Assembly (NCBI GenBank): GCA_964620355.1
Contig: CAZUIT010000005.1
Location: 11,507-75,506, forward strand
Direction: 5' to 3'
Length of the DNA: 64,000 nt
Source of the DNA: an uncultured Burkholderiales bacterium
Lineage (GTDB): Bacteria; Bacteroidota; Bacteroidia; UBA8524
A program made the translations under genes and the position numbers. This document shows positions 62,109 to 64,000 of the stretch, in pieces. The notes under the pieces are model-generated. The model was given only the letters and a program-made list of their open reading frames with translations, had not been told where the DNA came from and did not search any database. Numbering within the stretch: the first letter of the stretch is position 1; every line of letters starts with the position of its first letter.

Positions 62109-63686
62109 CTATTGAAAAGAAACTCGAGCGGTGTGCAAACCTTCGTTGGTTTGGATTTGGACGATATAGAGTCCGCGGAGTTGGAATTCCCGTAAGTCGG
62201 CGCTATTGCTCATCGGTTGAAGGCGAGCTACTTCTCTACCTGAAAGATCCACTACTCGAAGTTCCAGCATCTGAATTTCCGGTGAAACACGAAGGATACC
62301 TTTTGTCGGGTTTGGAAATACGTTGATGGATTGAGGCTTATTGAAATCAAGTAGTCCGTTTGGGTCACCATTGACTAGCAAATCTATCGTCCGATCAATA
62401 TTAATGCGACCAGCTCCCATCAATCCTTCTTTTCCAGGATTCTCAATATCTATTTCATCACAGCCATTCTTCAAGATGGAAATCACTTTTTTCGGATCAT
62501 TTTCTTGTGAGAGTAACATGCCGATAAATCCTGAGACAATCGGTGCTGAAAAAGAAGTTCCACTGTCAAATCCATAGGAATTATCCGAAGCAGCTGTAGT
62601 GGTATAGATATTCTCACCAGGAGCCATCACATCGATATAAGAACCGTAATTTGAATTTGTCCAAACAACATCTTCATTCGTGGTCGCCCCAACAGCAAGT
62701 ACTCCTTCATAAGCAGCAGGAAAAGCCAAATTGTTTCCGCCATGATTTCCAGCGGAGGCAACGATAATTATACCGCGAGAAATAGCTTCATCCAAAATGG
62801 CTCTTTGGCCTTCAGTTAAAGTGCGCTGGGACCAAGAACAATTGATGATATCAGCACCTGCAGCTATTGCATAGCGAACACCGTCCCATGCATTCCAAAT
62901 TACAATATCCAATGAATCATCCGGAATGCATTTTACAGGAATTATTCGCGTATTTAAACCCAAGGAGGCGATTCCCACGCCGTTATCAGTAGAAGCCGAG
63001 GATAGACCCGCGACTTTCGTTCCGTGAGAGAAAAAGTTTTCAGTTACGCGATGCAGCGGAGGATTCGCGTTATTATCTCGATCGGCAACATCATAGCCGT
63101 AAACATCGTCGACATAACCATTTCCGTCATCATCGATTCGATTATTCGGAATTTCAAGCGGGTTTTTATAGAGAATATCCCGAATGTCCTCATGGTTAAG
63201 TCGCACTCCGCAATCAACAATGGCAATTTTTACTATACGCCCTTGACCATCAATCTGCTTCATAAAATCCCAACCATTGCGGTTAATCTTTTGCAAGAAC
63301 CACATTTTCGAGCCGTCAGCGTCTATCGGAATCGCCCCGTCTAAGACAGCAACGGGAATTTGATCAACCCCTTCTACTTCAGGAAGTAGCTTCAATTCGT
63401 TAATGAACTCCTCTGTACGATTAATATCCGTAAAATGAAGGGTATAAAAACGCGATAAGTTTGGAAATTCTGGGTAGGCCGTTTCAAAAACGGTTACACC
63501 ATACTTTTCTTTTAGTAGCTGAAAAGGAGTGATCGGATTCGGACTTGCGCCTGATTGAACTTCATTGGCATCCTTGGTGGAGCGAAAAGAAATTTCAAGC
63601 ACACCTGATTGAAAATCAGCCCCTTGCCCAATTACTTGAGCGAAAGAAAGACAAATAGCTAAGACCGATAAGAGCTGCTTATACAT
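62109..63686 (-). CDS. S8-family subtilisin-like serine peptidase with a T9SS type-A C-terminal sorting domain
   Basis: Asp/His/Ser motifs ..IAIVDCGV.., ..HGTKVAG.., ..GTSFSAPIVSG..; C-terminus ..VFPNPTKGILRV..VVDLSGREV..GLYIVQI... Confidence 0.8.
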   Translation of the reverse strand: MYKQLLSVLAICLSFAQVIGQGADFQSGVLEISFRSTKDANEVQSGASPNPITPFQLLKEKYGVTVFETAYPEFPNLSRFYTLHFTDINRTEEFINELKLLPEVEGVDQIPVAVLDGAIPIDADGSKMWFLQKINRNGWDFMKQIDGQGRIVKIAIVDCGVRLNHEDIRDILYKNPLEIPNNRIDDDGNGYVDDVYGYDVADRDNNANPPLHRVTENFFSHGTKVAGLSSASTDNGVGIASLGLNTRIIPVKCIPDDSLDIVIWNAWDGVRYAIAAGADIINCSWSQRTLTEGQRAILDEAISRGIIIVASAGNHGGNNLAFPAAYEGVLAVGATTNEDVVWTNSNYGSYIDVMAPGENIYTTTAASDNSYGFDSGTSFSAPIVSGFIGMLLSQENDPKKVISILKNGCDEIDIENPGKEGLMGAGRINIDRTIDLLVNGDPNGLLDFNKPQSINVFPNPTKGILRVSPEIQMLELRVVDLSGREVARLQPMSNSADLREFQLRGLYIVQIQTNEGLHTARVSFQ

Positions 63687-63773
63687 GGCGCATTAAGAGT
63701 ATATCGAAGTAAGCGAATTTTATCCATAAAAACAAGCCATTCGACGAAATGCTGCATCCGTATTTCACGGGAT

Positions 63774-63808
63774 AAAAAAAATGCCCGGAATCCTAAGAAT
63801 CCGGGCAT
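63774..63808 (-). terminator. Rho-independent terminator for the minus-strand gene that enters from the right edge
   Basis: Minus strand: GC-rich hairpin atgcccgg...ccgggcat followed by T8. Confidence 0.65.
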
Positions 63809-63837
63809 TACTATATTTGACTAATCTTTAGCGAATA

Positions 63838-64000
63838 AGGTATTTAATACCAATTCGTGCGTTTACAACTTCCATAAGTCGATTCGGATGATTCGGAAGA
63901 TTGGATGCATTCATTTTTGTTAAACCACGGCGGTAATTTCCTTGAAGGTCAACCATCCAATGATGGCCTAGTTGATACCCAAGTCCCACCCCCAGATTTA
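63838..64000 (-). CDS. Partial CDS (5' end outside window): C-terminus of an outer-membrane beta-barrel/porin-family protein
   Basis: Hand translation gives ..WMVDLQGNYRRGLTKMNASNLPNHPNRLMEVVNARIGIKYLIR*, which resembles the C-terminus of the 58388-59008 product. Confidence 0.4.

Noticed and set aside
62048-62326. 92-aa plus-strand ORF spanning the hisS upstream spacer and the S8 peptidase 3' end
   Set aside because: It is antisense to the S8 peptidase C-terminal sorting domain and begins inside a repeat copy. No motif is recognisable.

Overview
This is a Bacteroidetes-type chromosomal segment: T9SS C-terminal sorting domains, CarboxypepD_reg/TonB-dependent outer-membrane proteins, and a ribosomal protein L17 with a low-complexity tail. 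Overall GC content is moderate (not computed). Positions 523-17400 on the minus strand carry the conserved ribosomal super-operon, from rpsL at the high-coordinate end down to rplQ. The gene order is rpsL-rpsG-fusA-rpsJ-rplC-rplD-rplW-rplB-rpsS-rplV-rpsC-rplP-rpmC-rpsQ-rplN-rplX-rplE-rpsN-rpsH-rplF-rplR-rpsE-rpmD-rplO-secY-infA-rpmJ-rpsM-rpsK-rpsD-rpoA-rplQ. A partial comEA-like gene runs convergently into its end at the left edge of the window. Upstream of the operon lie topA, a T9SS-secreted M43 metalloprotease, an SLC1-family symporter and aroC. A compact 8-kb stretch contains aroC, aroA and aroB, each tightly coupled to a non-shikimate partner: the symporter, a TonB-dependent receptor and an aldo/keto reductase. 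The same stretch carries a GNAT-fusion protein and a small T9SS cargo protein. Further right is an NrnA-FKBP-rfbB-rfbA-membrane-protein operon. It is interrupted between rfbB and rfbA by an antisense four-helix-bundle (Avd-like, PF05635-type) gene, which is bounded by about 30-bp GT-rich inverted repeats. Copies of that repeat occur elsewhere in the window. The remaining genes are ndk, a cyclophilin, two tandem paralogous lipoproteins of about 590 aa and unknown function, chrA, and an FtsB-like gene. There is also a pair of giant outer-membrane/secreted proteins: a 1239-aa SusC-like barrel and a 1237-aa PKD-repeat protein with a type-B T9SS C-terminal domain. The right end holds a C1B cysteine peptidase and a hisS-hutH-OMP-TBDR co-directional cluster in which hisS and hutH overlap by 4 nt, then a T9SS-secreted S8 protease. 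I did not recognise any rRNA, tRNA, CRISPR array, IS element or integrase. Several non-coding islands with internal repeats or strong hairpins are flagged as candidate regulatory RNAs or elements: 250-470, 17401-17741 and 61880-62060. All functional calls come from reading the translated ORFs for family motifs. No database searches were possible.
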